This document shows, piece by piece, positions 21,289-31,541 of a stretch of 64,000 nt of DNA. The DNA comes from Ignavibacteriota bacterium (GTDB lineage: Bacteria > Bacteroidota > Ignavibacteria > UBA10030 > UBA6906): contig CAWDEM010000004.1 of the NCBI GenBank assembly GCA_963801355.1, positions 448,001 through 512,000 on the forward strand, written 5' to 3'. A program made the translations under genes and the position numbers. The notes beneath the pieces were generated by a model, which searched no databases, was not told the DNA's origin, and saw only the letters and a list, made by a program, of their open reading frames with translations. Numbering within the stretch: the first letter of the stretch is position 1; the number at the start of each line of letters is the position of its first letter.

Positions 21289-22239
21289 ATGAAGGCAGAG
21301 ATTCCTATGAACGCATCCGCAAATCGCAGCGCAGTTGTCCCACCTCGTCAAATTGACCACGATGAGGATATTCCGAGGGCGTACTCCGCGAAGGAAATGG
21401 AAGAAGAGTACCGCAAATTTGTGCTCACCGATTTCTCGAAAACCGCCTTTGACCTGCACAGACTATATCCCTCAATCCCGAAGTATCAGGTACATCCCGG
21501 GGAAGTCGTCGTGTTTATTGGTGATACTGGACTTGGAAAGACGGCATTCGTACAGAACCTTGTTGTAAACCTCAAGATGAAGACGCTCTGGCTTTCACTT
21601 GAGAACCATGCGACGCTTCAATACCGGCGTTTCATCCAGATAGCGCACGAGATGAGTGAAGCTGCCGTGCTGGAGTACTACAACCACAACACCAACGCCC
21701 TCTCAAAAGCAGTCTCACATATCACAAGCGTTTTCGTTTCCCCAAAACTGTCGGAGATGAAGCGCCTGATCTCTTGTCATGACCCACGCATTGTGGTCGT
21801 AGACACGCTCGACGGAATTGTGGTTGAGGGGGTGAAGGACCCGGTCGTTCAGGTCGAAAAGTCGATTATCCAGTTGAAGGGACTCGCACAGGAGTTGAAC
21901 GTCATTATCATCGCAATTCACCATATCCCGAAGAGCGCGGCTGTTGACTACCGGGGGAACCACAGGCGACTCACCAAACATTCCGGCAAAGGGTCATCCT
22001 CCGTTGAACAGAAGGCTGACATGGTCATTGCGATCGAGGGCGACGAGGCGAGCGATATCCGGGAGGTACGCTCCGTAAAGGCTCGCGATGAAGGCCCGTT
22101 CACTCAATTCTTCCACTTCAACAAGGAGACGTTTCGCTACACGGCGATCGGTTCTCCTCCACCGCCACCGCCGAAACCACTGAGGCCGACAACTCTCGGA
22201 ATGCGGCTGGTACAACGAAAGGCTATCCATAATGACTGA
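21289..22239 (+). CDS. DnaB-like (SF4) helicase without a primase domain
   Basis: GDTGLGKT, LSLEN, VVVDTLD, IHH, GSSSVEQKAD. Confidence 0.8.
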   Translation: MKAEIPMNASANRSAVVPPRQIDHDEDIPRAYSAKEMEEEYRKFVLTDFSKTAFDLHRLYPSIPKYQVHPGEVVVFIGDTGLGKTAFVQNLVVNLKMKTLWLSLENHATLQYRRFIQIAHEMSEAAVLEYYNHNTNALSKAVSHITSVFVSPKLSEMKRLISCHDPRIVVVDTLDGIVVEGVKDPVVQVEKSIIQLKGLAQELNVIIIAIHHIPKSAAVDYRGNHRRLTKHSGKGSSSVEQKADMVIAIEGDEASDIREVRSVKARDEGPFTQFFHFNKETFRYTAIGSPPPPPPKPLRPTTLGMRLVQRKAIHND

Positions 22240-22798
22240 GAACACAACTACCACAGAGAAAGTACCCCTGTTCGAGATGCTTCCCGGTGAAGATCAGCCC
22301 ATTCTTGAGCTGGTCGACACACGCCGTAGCTTCCAGGCTATCGCGTACTACCGCGATCTTGCCGCACAAGCTGCTGCCGACATGAGTACGTTTGTGGCGA
22401 AGCTTGAGGCTGAGCTGGAGGCCACGAAGGAGTTCTACACCAGGAAAGTTCTGGCTGCAGAGGCACGCGCGGAGTTTCACACAAAGAACCTGGGCAACTT
22501 TGCCATGCAACAGGGCAAGACAAAGATTGCCACGCCGCTTGGCACGGTGTTCTTCAAGAGCACAACCAAGCGCACCTGGCCAGAGGACCCGCAAGTCCTG
22601 ATAGACTTTGCCAAGGCTGAAGGCGTTGCCGACCGGCTCATAAAGATCACAGAGACGCCCAACAAACCCGCCATCCTGAAGTACATCAAGGCTACTGGCT
22701 CCGTGCCGGTCGGCTTCACAGAAGAAACAACTGAGCCTGTGGCATGCGTCATTCTCCGTGGTCAACCCCAGGACGAGGTTGAGCAGGAGGTTGCGTGA
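22232..22798 (+). CDS. Mu Gam/Gp157-like host-nuclease inhibitor
   Basis: Coiled coil followed by KIATPLGTVFFK...PNKPAILKYIK. Confidence 0.65.
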   Translation: MTENTTTTEKVPLFEMLPGEDQPILELVDTRRSFQAIAYYRDLAAQAAADMSTFVAKLEAELEATKEFYTRKVLAAEARAEFHTKNLGNFAMQQGKTKIATPLGTVFFKSTTKRTWPEDPQVLIDFAKAEGVADRLIKITETPNKPAILKYIKATGSVPVGFTEETTEPVACVILRGQPQDEVEQEVA

Positions 22799-22816
22799 AC
22801 AACCGGAAGGGTATGT

Positions 22817-22999
22817 TTGTTGACTTCGCGGTGGTACGTGAACAACGGTGTGCGGGCAGTGAGTGTCACACTGCTTCGTCTATTTCAGCTCACACTCACT
22901 TTCAACGAGAACCAGGGGACGCATGTCACGGTGGGGATTGGCGTGACACGTCTTGAGTTTTCGCTGGGAGTAGGAGTGTGGAAACGATGGTTACGATGA
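22817..22999 (+). CDS. Small beta-rich hypothetical protein
   Basis: Similar sequence and position to 32759..32935. Confidence 0.55.
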   Translation: MLTSRWYVNNGVRAVSVTLLRLFQLTLTFNENQGTHVTVGIGVTRLEFSLGVGVWKRWLR

Positions 23000-23042
23000 T
23001 GTGTTGGCAGACGAACGGAGTGTGGATGATGATCGTGAAGTC

Positions 23043-23073
23043 GAGAAGGCTCGGGTTACCGAGCCTTCTCTTT
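23043..23073 (+). terminator. Intrinsic terminator ending module A (possibly bidirectional)
   Basis: GAGAAGGCTCGG-GTTA-CCGAGCCTTCTC-TTT between convergent genes. Confidence 0.7.
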
Positions 23074-23094
23074 ACCCACTACCTACGATGGTGG

Positions 23095-25128
23095 TCACCT
23101 CACTAAAAGAAGCCCCTTCGTCGCCACGAAATCTCCTGCTTGCATCCTGTAGAAGTACACGCCACTCGACAGACCAGAACCGTCAAACCTGACCTCATGG
23201 ACTCCCGCATCCTTCTTCTCATTCACCAACACAGACACCTCACGACCGAGCAAGTCGTACACACTCAACTTGACTTCCGATGATTTGGGCAACTCGTACT
23301 TGATGGTCGTACTCGGGTTGAAGGGGTTGGGGTAATTCTGCGCAAGATCGTATACCCCCGTGATCTGTCCACTTCTTTCGCTGACAGAGGTCATCTCTGA
23401 AAATGGCCGTCTCCAGACCCCCGCCCGTTGGTGCCGGCGAAGAGATTCGGGCAGCAGACGGCAAGGGCGCGGACATGCGGAGTTTGCAAGCCGGTATTCA
23501 CTGATGTCCATCTTGTGCCGTTGTTGGTCGAAAGAAAGACGCCGCCGGCCCGCCCAGCAAAGAGATTTGTGCCGCTAACGGCAAAGCTCTGACGTCGGGG
23601 TATGTCAAGCCGTTATTCACTGCTGTCCAGCTTGTGCCGTTGTTTGTGGATAGAAAGACGCCGATAGGAGTCCCAGCAAAGATATTCACGCTGGAGACGG
23701 CAAGGGCAAAGACATATATCAGCGAAGCCGGCATTCCAATCAGTCCAGCTTGTGCCGTTATTCGTAGAGTGAAAGACGCCCCAGTATGTTCCAGCAAAGA
23801 GATTTGTGTCGCTAACGGCAAGGGACCACACTTCAGGATTCAAGAAACCCGTTCCATTCCAGATTGTGCCGTTATCGGTCGAAATAAAGACACCCGCGCG
23901 GATGGGTTCCAGCAAACAGATTTGTGCCGCTGACGGCAAGGGCGCTGACAAATCGCTTAGGCAACCCGGCACTCGCCGCCGTCCAGCGTGTACCGTTGTC
24001 GGTAGAGAGAAAGACGCCGCCCTCCGTCCCGGCAAAGAGATCCTGCCGCTGACGGCAAAGGCGATGTAGGATGAGTTTGTCAAGCCGTTATTGACCGCCG
24101 TCCAGGTTGTACCGTTGTCGGTTGAAAGAAAGACACCGCCCCTAAGTCCCAGCAAAGAGATTCCCATCGGAGACGGCAAGGGCATTGACACTTACTCCAC
24201 GACAATCCCGAATTTACCTCATTCCAGTTTGTCCCGTTGTTGGTCGAGAGAAAAGCGCCCGCATCATCAGTTCCGGCAAAGAGATTCGAGCCCGAGAAGG
24301 CAAGGGCACGGACCATATTGCTCGGGACTCCGGAATTGATCGCATTCCAATTCTTCCCGCTGTTGGTGGAGAGAAAGACACCGCCACCAAAAGTGCCAGC
24401 AAAGAGATTTGTGCCCGAGAAGGCAAAAGCTCGCACCCAGGTGTTCGTCAAGCCGGCATTCACTGCTGTCCAGCTTGCGCCATAGTTAGTTGAGAGAAAC
24501 ACACCGCCATAAGTCCCGGCAAAGAGATCCGTGCCCGAGACCGCTAAGGCAAAGACATACGTGCTCGTCAAGCCGTTATTCACTGCTGTCCAGCTTGTGC
24601 CGTTGTTAGTCGAGAGAAAGACGCCGCCACTAGTCCCCGCAAAGAGATTCGTGCCCGAAACAGCAAAAGCTTCGACAGTAGTGTCCGCAAAGCCAGCAGC
24701 TGTCCAGCTTGTGCCGTTGTTGGTCGAACGAAAGACACCACCATAAGTCCCGGCAAAGAGATCCGTGCCCGAGACGGCAAACGCAAAGACAAAGGGTTCG
24801 TAAGCCGCGAGTTGACTGCGCTCCAGCTGGTGCCGTTGTTGGTGGAAATTCCGACGCCACCCTCAGTCCCGGCAAAGAGATTCGTGCCCGAGATGGCAAG
24901 GGTATGGACAATTCTATCCGGCAATCCGGTGTTGACCGCCGTCCAGCTTGTACCGTTGTTGGTAGAAAGAAAGACGCCGCCCTCAGTCCCAGCAAAAAGA
25001 TTCATGTCCGAGACGGCAAAACTCGAGACGGAACCGCCATTGGGTCCGCTAGTGTGAACCCACTGAGCGGACGCAAGAGGACAAAGCAGGACGATGGCGA
25101 GCGCGAGACGGACAGGTTGAGTTCTTAT
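23095..25128 (-). CDS. Secreted Asp-box/BNR beta-propeller protein with T9SS type A sorting domain; several frameshifts and start reads ATA
   Basis: Signal peptide then AQW; repeats NLFAGT.GGVFLSTNNGTSW; C-terminal LAQNYPNPFNPSTTI...LSSGVYFYR. Confidence 0.8.
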
Positions 25129-25457
25129 CTTGTGCTTCCTTCAATGCAATCGCTGCAAGAAATTACTGACTTGATGTAAAACTCGGCGTGTCTTCGGGCA
25201 GAACGGAACACTCGGCGACGCATCGACTCCTTCATCCTAGCACTCAACACAGCGTGAGTCGGCGGATGAACCCGTTTGGGGAAACCGCAGTAGAGATGGA
25301 ACTGGAGGCGCGTAGAAAGGCTTTGGACTTGCGCCCTCAGGCCTCATACGGCAACCACCCCGTCCACCGCATGGAGACCTATGTAGCTCGAATATATCAC
25401 CCCCCACCAGAATAGTCAACTCCTGAAAGTCTGATTCTCTTGTAGGACTTCAGGAAG

Positions 25458-25483
25458 TTCGTGTAGGACAATTCCTACACGAA
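25458..25483. promoter_or_regulatory. Perfect palindromic operator-like site upstream of the T9SS gene
   Basis: TTCGTGTAGGA-CAAT-TCCTACACGAA, plus a second TGTAGGA at 25441. Confidence 0.55.
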
Positions 25484-25852
25484 ACGAAAGTGGACAGAAA
25501 TGCCAGAATCGGGTACAGTCCGACGAGGAGAGGGAATGCCGCGCCGCGGTGACCAAGCGACTCAACGGCGTCAGGCCCAACGGCAATTGCCCGCAGCATG
25601 CGTCGGTTCAGTTAGAACCACCATAGTTGACCGTCGCCCTTACCGAAGGAGAAGACGCTGAAGTGTCCTCCCGAGTCCAGACACCATACAGGAATCGATT
25701 CTATTCGAAGAATACCCCAACTCACGGTCGAATTTCTCGTGCATCGCCTGTGGACCCATGTGCCACACACCCTCGAAGGAGATCCCTCCGAAAACCCCTA
25801 CTCACGTGCCCATTGCTCGCAAAAGACCGGATCCTGGCGAGAGGGTTGACAC

Positions 25853-27949
25853 TTACCGGAGAAGCAAGACCTTGCGCGTCTGGACGAAGTCGCCTGCCTG
25901 AATGCGGTAGTAATACACGCCGCTTGATAGGCCGCTGCCGCCAAACTGCACTTCATGATACCCCGCTTCCATCTCGCCGTTGACAAGCACCGCCACTTGC
26001 TGCCCGAGGGTGTTGAAGACTGTCAACGTCACATGTGAACGATTGGGCAGGCCGTAGCGGATAGTCGTCAAGGGGTTGAAGGGGTTGGGGTAGTTCTGTG
26101 CAAGAGTGAAATATGGTTGAAGGATCGTCAAGCGGTCTTCAATCCCTGTGAGCATTTCCGAAAGCGGTCGACTCCATACGCTGGATCCGTCGGTTGCGGC
26201 AAAAAGACTGCCACCCGAGACTGCAAGAGCGTTGATGGGAACATTCGGTAAACCGCTATTGACGGCAGTCCAACTGGTACCATCGTTTGTGGAGAGAAAC
26301 ACTCCTCCGCCGCCAGTTCCGGCGAAGATATTAGTGCCACTGACCGCAAATCCTCTGATTTCGTAGCCTGCTAGGCCGGAATCGGTTTTCGACCAACTCA
26401 TGCCCTTGTCAGTGGACTTATAAATGTCGTCCCAATAGATCTCCATACCTTCCAGAAAAATCTTCACCGCGACAAAGAGGTTTCCGCCGCAAGATGCGAA
26501 GGCATTAGCTACCGGATCCTTAATCCCAGCATACGCTGCTGTCCACACTAAGCCGTCGTTGGTGCTGCGAAAGATACCTTTGCGTGTGCCAGCAAGCAGC
26601 ATATTATCAAAGTCCGCAAGAGCCTGGATATCGGAATTGGCCAGACCTGAATCAGCAAGGACCCAGTTTGTGCCAAAGTTGCTCGACCGAAAGACCCCAT
26701 GAGGAGTCCCAGCAAAGAGATTCGTATCAAACACCACCAAGGATCGGACACTGGTATCTGTCAATCCGCTATTCACAGGAATCCATTGAGACCCGTAGTT
26801 CGTTGATAGGAAGACGCCGCCGCTCGGTGATCCAACAAACATGTGTGAACCTTGCAGAACAAGAGCACGGATGTTTGTATTGGTCAAACCAGAATTTCTC
26901 GCGTCCCAAGTATTCCCGTTATCAGAAGTAAGAAACGGACCTCTGAGCCATGTCCCTGCGTAGAGGTTATCCCCACTAACCGTGAGCGTATTGACGTACG
27001 CGTTCCTGAGACCAGAATCGGCCGCTGTCCAACTTGCTCCACTATTGCTCGAGAAGAAGAATCCGGAAGCATCTCCTGCAAACACATTGCCCCCGCTCAC
27101 CGCAAGAGCCTGAATGGAGTAGCCCGATAGACCAGTACTGATGGCAGTCCAACTGATGCCGCGGTTGGTGGAGCGGTATATACCCGAGGGCGTGCCCGCA
27201 AACAGGATGGTGTCATTAGCGACAAGACGATACACAACCGATTCAGTCAAACCAAAATTGACAGCGCTCCAATTGGTGCCGTTATCTGAAGATACAAAGA
27301 CCCCACGGGCAGTTCCCGCAAACAGCATGGAGTCAATCGCGGCAAAGCTGTGCACACCCGTGTAGGGGGAGTTCATGGCAGCCCAGCTGATCTCGGTCTT
27401 GGAGGAGCGATAGATTCCAAGGTCTCCACCAGCGAAGAAGTAGGAGTCACTGACGGCGAGTGAAAAGACATAGTTTAGGTAGAGTCCGTTGTTGGCTGCC
27501 GACCAGGTACCACCATTATCTGTGGAAAGAAACACACCATCATTCGTACCAGCGAGGAGAGTATCGGCGTTCGTGGCGAGTACATTGATACGGAGGTCGC
27601 TCACGGGGGAACTCACAGCATTCCATGTGTCGCCATTGTCCGACGACCGAAAGACACCGCTGCCATAGGTAGAGGCAAACAAGGAAGAGTGCGAGGGGGG
27701 TGTTTTGATAACCGCAAAATCTGTGACGAGAGGAATTCCGGTGTTGGTATATGCCCAGTGGGAGCCTTTGTCTCTTGACCGAAACACACCACTACGAGTA
27801 CCGATGAAGATGTTGGAATCAGCAATGCCGATAGAGCTGATGTTGGCCCCATTTGGCCCACTCGTTTGCCGCCATTGCGCGAAGGAGTTGATAGATAGGA
27901 GCAATTGTGCTCCACAAGAGAAGACTGATACGAAAGGGGCGAATCTCAT
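25853..27949 (-). CDS. Secreted Asp-box/BNR beta-propeller protein with T9SS type A sorting domain (intact paralog)
   Basis: S.D/N.G..W repeats; LAQNYPNPFNP...SSGVYYYR. Confidence 0.9.
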   Translation of the reverse strand: MRFAPFVSVFSCGAQLLLSINSFAQWRQTSGPNGANISSIGIADSNIFIGTRSGVFRSRDKGSHWAYTNTGIPLVTDFAVIKTPPSHSSLFASTYGSGVFRSSDNGDTWNAVSSPVSDLRINVLATNADTLLAGTNDGVFLSTDNGGTWSAANNGLYLNYVFSLAVSDSYFFAGGDLGIYRSSKTEISWAAMNSPYTGVHSFAAIDSMLFAGTARGVFVSSDNGTNWSAVNFGLTESVVYRLVANDTILFAGTPSGIYRSTNRGISWTAISTGLSGYSIQALAVSGGNVFAGDASGFFFSSNSGASWTAADSGLRNAYVNTLTVSGDNLYAGTWLRGPFLTSDNGNTWDARNSGLTNTNIRALVLQGSHMFVGSPSGGVFLSTNYGSQWIPVNSGLTDTSVRSLVVFDTNLFAGTPHGVFRSSNFGTNWVLADSGLANSDIQALADFDNMLLAGTRKGIFRSTNDGLVWTAAYAGIKDPVANAFASCGGNLFVAVKIFLEGMEIYWDDIYKSTDKGMSWSKTDSGLAGYEIRGFAVSGTNIFAGTGGGGVFLSTNDGTSWTAVNSGLPNVPINALAVSGGSLFAATDGSSVWSRPLSEMLTGIEDRLTILQPYFTLAQNYPNPFNPLTTIRYGLPNRSHVTLTVFNTLGQQVAVLVNGEMEAGYHEVQFGGSGLSSGVYYYRIQAGDFVQTRKVLLLR

Positions 27950-28147
27950 GGAAACCTCCAACAGCTTTTGTGTTTCCCGAGACTTCCGACAGTTAGGCTA
28001 TGTTGTTAACTGTTCTACGGTGCAGGGTGTGACCAGACCTCTGAGTTGGCGCCAAGGTCAAGTCCATTTTTGTCTTGCCTCAGGCATGGCGACATGTCGT
28101 AGGATGAATGTTCCCGATGCCGACGGTCTTTATCCTATGAATGGAAA

Positions 28148-28175
28148 AGCCTCCCCATCCATCGGACGAAGAGGC
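28148..28175 (-). repeat. 28-bp hairpin repeat, copy 2
   Basis: Identical to 12946-12973; followed by a T-run on the minus strand. Confidence 0.85.
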
Positions 28176-28802
28176 CGAATCTGCACAATTCCTTGTTTCC
28201 CTCTCCCCCGAGTTCTGCTATATGGTACACCGGGATTTCGGGATTGTCAAATGCAAGAACGGACAACTACCCGATCGGTCGGCATACTTTTGCCCCAACT
28301 CACGGTCGGATTTCTCGCACATCTCGTAGGCCCCATGTCGTAGGCTCCCAGACGGAGATCCTCCCAGAAATGCCCACTCAAGTTGCGTCTTGTTGGTGCA
28401 GAACGAATCCTGAGGGTCCCGTTCGATTGTCATTTTGAACCCTCCAGAATGCACGGCAATGATTCCGGCAAATCTGGATCGTTCTCAGTACAACGATCAG
28501 TTTTTATGCACGGTAAGCGGCACGCATGCGTCATGCCGCCCACTATCGCGCGCGCCGGAGAGAACACGATGGTTGTGTTGTGGCACCTGACCTATGTCAA
28601 GAAGTTGCCACGGGCATCCTCGGATGAATACTGTGCATAAACAGGGCAGGGTTGGATCTCGCCGCTTTGCGCTGGCGAATAGCTGGACAGAGAAACACCA
28701 CTGTGCCCAGATTGTGCCCGGCCTGTGAAACTCGATACACTTCATGTAATTCAAACCGGCAAAACTGCCCCTCATTCGCCAGGTGGCCCCAAAATAGTAA
28801 TG

Positions 28803-28850
28803 TTTGGGACCAAGAAGTCGCAGGTTCAAATCCTGTCGCCCCGACGAAAA
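28803..28850 (+). repeat. att core: 3' half of tRNA-Pro(TGG), junction between islands A and B
   Basis: TTTGGGACCAAGAAGTCGCAGGTTCAAATCCTGTCGCCCCGACGAAAA, identical to 53537-53584; no 5' tRNA half. Confidence 0.9.
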
Positions 28851-28936
28851 ACCCCACTTTTTCCTCTGGCTTTCCAGGTGGTAGCAGAGTGGTAGCAGCA
28901 GCGACCCTCTGAACGCGACCATCTGGGGAGCCTTCG

Positions 28937-29980
28937 ATGTCTTCCCTCTGTAAACGCAATGGCGTCTTCTACTACTGGTATCGTGGTGAGGACGGCAGAC
29001 GCAAGAAAATCTCCACTCACACTTCCACTAAATCCCAGGCGCTGGAATTTATCAGGCGGATGCATGAACGGCCTGTCCAGCAGACCAGAAGCCTCGGCAG
29101 CTTCATACCAGAGTTCCTGGAATACGCCGATGCGACATTTGCTCCTGGCTGGGGGAAGGTGTACCATCTGGCCCTGGCCCATCTTCTTGACCTCTGTGGG
29201 AACATACCGCTGAGTTGCATAACGCCCAGACATGCCGACCAGTACAAGCTCAAAAGGTTAAAGAGTGTCTGCAACGCAACGGTCAACCACGAGCTTGAAG
29301 CTCTGCGTGCAGCTTTCTATACCGCCCTACGGTGGGAAATGCTCCAACGGAATCCTTTCGCCAGGGTGAAAAAGCTCGTCGTTCCTGACCGCAAAGTGGA
29401 GTTCTTTTCCCCCGAGGAGTTTCAGGCGTTTCTTGCCGCCGTGCGTGAACAATGGTTCAAGGACATGCTGGTGTTTACCCTGCACACGGGGTTGCGTCGT
29501 TCAGAGGTGGTAAACGTGAAATGGGAGAATGTTGATCTTGACAGGCGCACCATCCTGGTTGTCAGTGATGAAACGTTCAAGACCAAGACGCGACGCTTGA
29601 GAGTTCTGCCAATGTCGCGCGATGTGGAAGAGCTTATCCGACGCCAGCCAAGGACGTGTCCGTACCTTTTTAGCTACCAGGACCGACAGATCAAGGCGTG
29701 GCATATCACGTTGAAGTTCAAACGGATTCGCGACAGAGCAGGATTGCGTACAGCTCTGAACGTTCAATTGCTCAGGCATACCTATGCATCATGGATGGTG
29801 ATGAAGGGAGTTTCCATATACCATGTATCGAAGCTCTTGGGCCACACTACCGTGACTACAACACAGCGCCACTACGCGAGCCTGGAGACGAGCGAGATGC
29901 ATGATGTAGTCAATAGAGTGTTTTCCAGTATTACAGACGCAGCAGGTGCCCCGCACAACACTAAACATCAACAAGCATGA
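28937..29980 (+). CDS. Tyrosine recombinase/phage-type integrase
   Basis: TGLRRSE, KT, QLLRHTYAS, LGH and HY catalytic motifs; N-terminal arm-binding-like segment. Confidence 0.92.
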   Translation: MSSLCKRNGVFYYWYRGEDGRRKKISTHTSTKSQALEFIRRMHERPVQQTRSLGSFIPEFLEYADATFAPGWGKVYHLALAHLLDLCGNIPLSCITPRHADQYKLKRLKSVCNATVNHELEALRAAFYTALRWEMLQRNPFARVKKLVVPDRKVEFFSPEEFQAFLAAVREQWFKDMLVFTLHTGLRRSEVVNVKWENVDLDRRTILVVSDETFKTKTRRLRVLPMSRDVEELIRRQPRTCPYLFSYQDRQIKAWHITLKFKRIRDRAGLRTALNVQLLRHTYASWMVMKGVSIYHVSKLLGHTTVTTTQRHYASLETSEMHDVVNRVFSSITDAAGAPHNTKHQQA

Positions 29981-30062
29981 ACGTCTGATCCGACGGATGG
30001 ATTGCGGGTGCTTGGGGATCAAATCCTCATGCCTGATGGCGTGTGGACAGAGGGAGCTTCAC

Positions 30063-30091
30063 TTGACTGCCACCGAGGAGTGGCATATCTT
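30063..30091 (+). promoter_or_regulatory. Sigma70-like promoter with palindromic spacer
   Basis: TTGACT-17 bp-TATCTT; TGCCAC-N6-GTGGCA spans the spacer. Confidence 0.5.
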
Positions 30092-30159
30092 GGTGCAATA
30101 GAGGTGCTCTCTCATAGGAATTAACCCTCAGAACCGAAACGGTATTGTCCTTTTAGGAC

Positions 30160-31167
30160 GTGACACCAACGGCACCAATGCTCCACAACCTGATCACTTT
30201 ACACGACCTTGCAGCGTTCTGGTCACTTGCGAGGCGTAAGGGTACCGCTGCAACGGTGCGCAAACTCATGGGTGACAAGGCAGAGCGCACACGGGATGCT
30301 TGGCAACAAACAGGAGGACCAGTTCGTCACTGGTGGGATATCCCCCACATACAACACCACATCAATCGTATGATTACAGGCGACTCGAACAGTGAATTCT
30401 GTGACTACGTCGCATCCACATACATGACCCAACGCAATGATGTTGCGGCACTGTCACTTGGGTGCGGGACGGGTAACAAAGAGCTCGCATGGTATAGAAG
30501 TGGCAGGATCTCAACCCTCGATGCCTACGACATCTCCAAAGAACGCATTGATGTAGCCTCCGAACGAGCACGAGGGCTTGGTGTTCAAGAGAAAGTCAGA
30601 TTTTACGTGGGCGACGCGTTCGCACTTCAGATTCCACAAGGACGCTACGACCTCATTATCTTTGAGGATTCACTGCATCATCTCTCGCCAGTCAAATCAA
30701 TTCTCAGAAACGTTGATGGGTGGCTCAGCGAGAACGGCTTACTCGTTCTGAAAGAATTCGTTGGTCCTGCCCGATTTCAGTGGACGGACCATCAGCTTCA
30801 GCTTGTCAAATCCCTGCTTTCTATTTTCCCGCCACGTTATCGTAAACGTTGGCCCGACGGCAAACTGAAAACGAGGGAGTACAGACCAGGACGCCTGAGC
30901 ATCGCTCTGCATGACCCGTCAGAAGCCGCTGAGTCATCGATCATTCCTGCGATGCTCCGATTAAAGTTCGATATTGTGGAAGAACGACCATTCGGCGGGA
31001 CCATTCTGCATCTGCTGTTCAAGGATATTGCGCACAACTTCCTTCAAGACGATCCTGAAGCACTCTCTTTCCTTAAGTTCTGTTGTGAGATTGAAGAGAC
31101 CCTCCTGAGATACAAGGAACTCGAGAGCGATTTCGGTGCTTTTGTCTGTCGCAAGAAGAAGCAATGA
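30160..31167 (+). CDS. Class I SAM-dependent methyltransferase
   Basis: LSLGCGTG, AYDIS, YDLIIFEDSLHHL. Confidence 0.85.
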   Translation: MTPTAPMLHNLITLHDLAAFWSLARRKGTAATVRKLMGDKAERTRDAWQQTGGPVRHWWDIPHIQHHINRMITGDSNSEFCDYVASTYMTQRNDVAALSLGCGTGNKELAWYRSGRISTLDAYDISKERIDVASERARGLGVQEKVRFYVGDAFALQIPQGRYDLIIFEDSLHHLSPVKSILRNVDGWLSENGLLVLKEFVGPARFQWTDHQLQLVKSLLSIFPPRYRKRWPDGKLKTREYRPGRLSIALHDPSEAAESSIIPAMLRLKFDIVEERPFGGTILHLLFKDIAHNFLQDDPEALSFLKFCCEIEETLLRYKELESDFGAFVCRKKKQ

Positions 31168-31541
31168 TTTGGGAGGCCCAGATGGTGGACTCTCCCTGTG
31201 TCTACTGCCGTTTTCGATGTGCCATTCAGAACCTCTAAGGCTCTTCAACCCTCGCATTCTGTTTTAAGTCCAGCGCTTCTTCACATTCCGCCACTTTCAC
31301 AGTGTGTTTGGCCGACTTTGGGCGAAACCGTGTTTGTTCCGAAGGTACAGATCGTTCTTTTTGAACTTGCCATGACAAAGTGACATATTGTTCTTCGATT
31401 GAACTCTGCAACAGACTGGACCACAGGCGCCTGGGAAAAAACCTCCACCCGTGCCGTGAGGCACTGGTGGAGATGATGTCGGCAGCAGGAAATGGGGCGG
31501 GGACAGCGAAGAGGAATGGCGGGCAGCGGATACACTTTGTG

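Larger units (their letters stand above)
15100..23000 (+). mobile_element. Phage-like early/replication module A (no structural genes)
   Basis: Co-directional small ORFs, tRNA-like gene, peptidase, DUF932, AAA_24-like ATPase, SSB-like, DnaB-like and Gam-like genes. Confidence 0.75.

Noticed and set aside
16700-21300. Alternative genetic code (stop-codon reassignment) in phage-like module A
   Set aside because: The fragments continue in different reading frames, so these are indels rather than in-frame stops.
23500-27800. Regularly spaced DNA repeats that could suggest a CRISPR array or a DGR template/variable repeat
   Set aside because: They are in-frame Asp-box/BNR coding repeats with synonymous variation; there are no unique spacers, cas genes or reverse transcriptase.
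28937-29980. Integrase as an integron integrase (IntI) serving the attC-like sites
   Set aside because: It lacks the IntI-specific insertion before the HxLRH box and sits beside a tRNA att core like a phage/island integrase.
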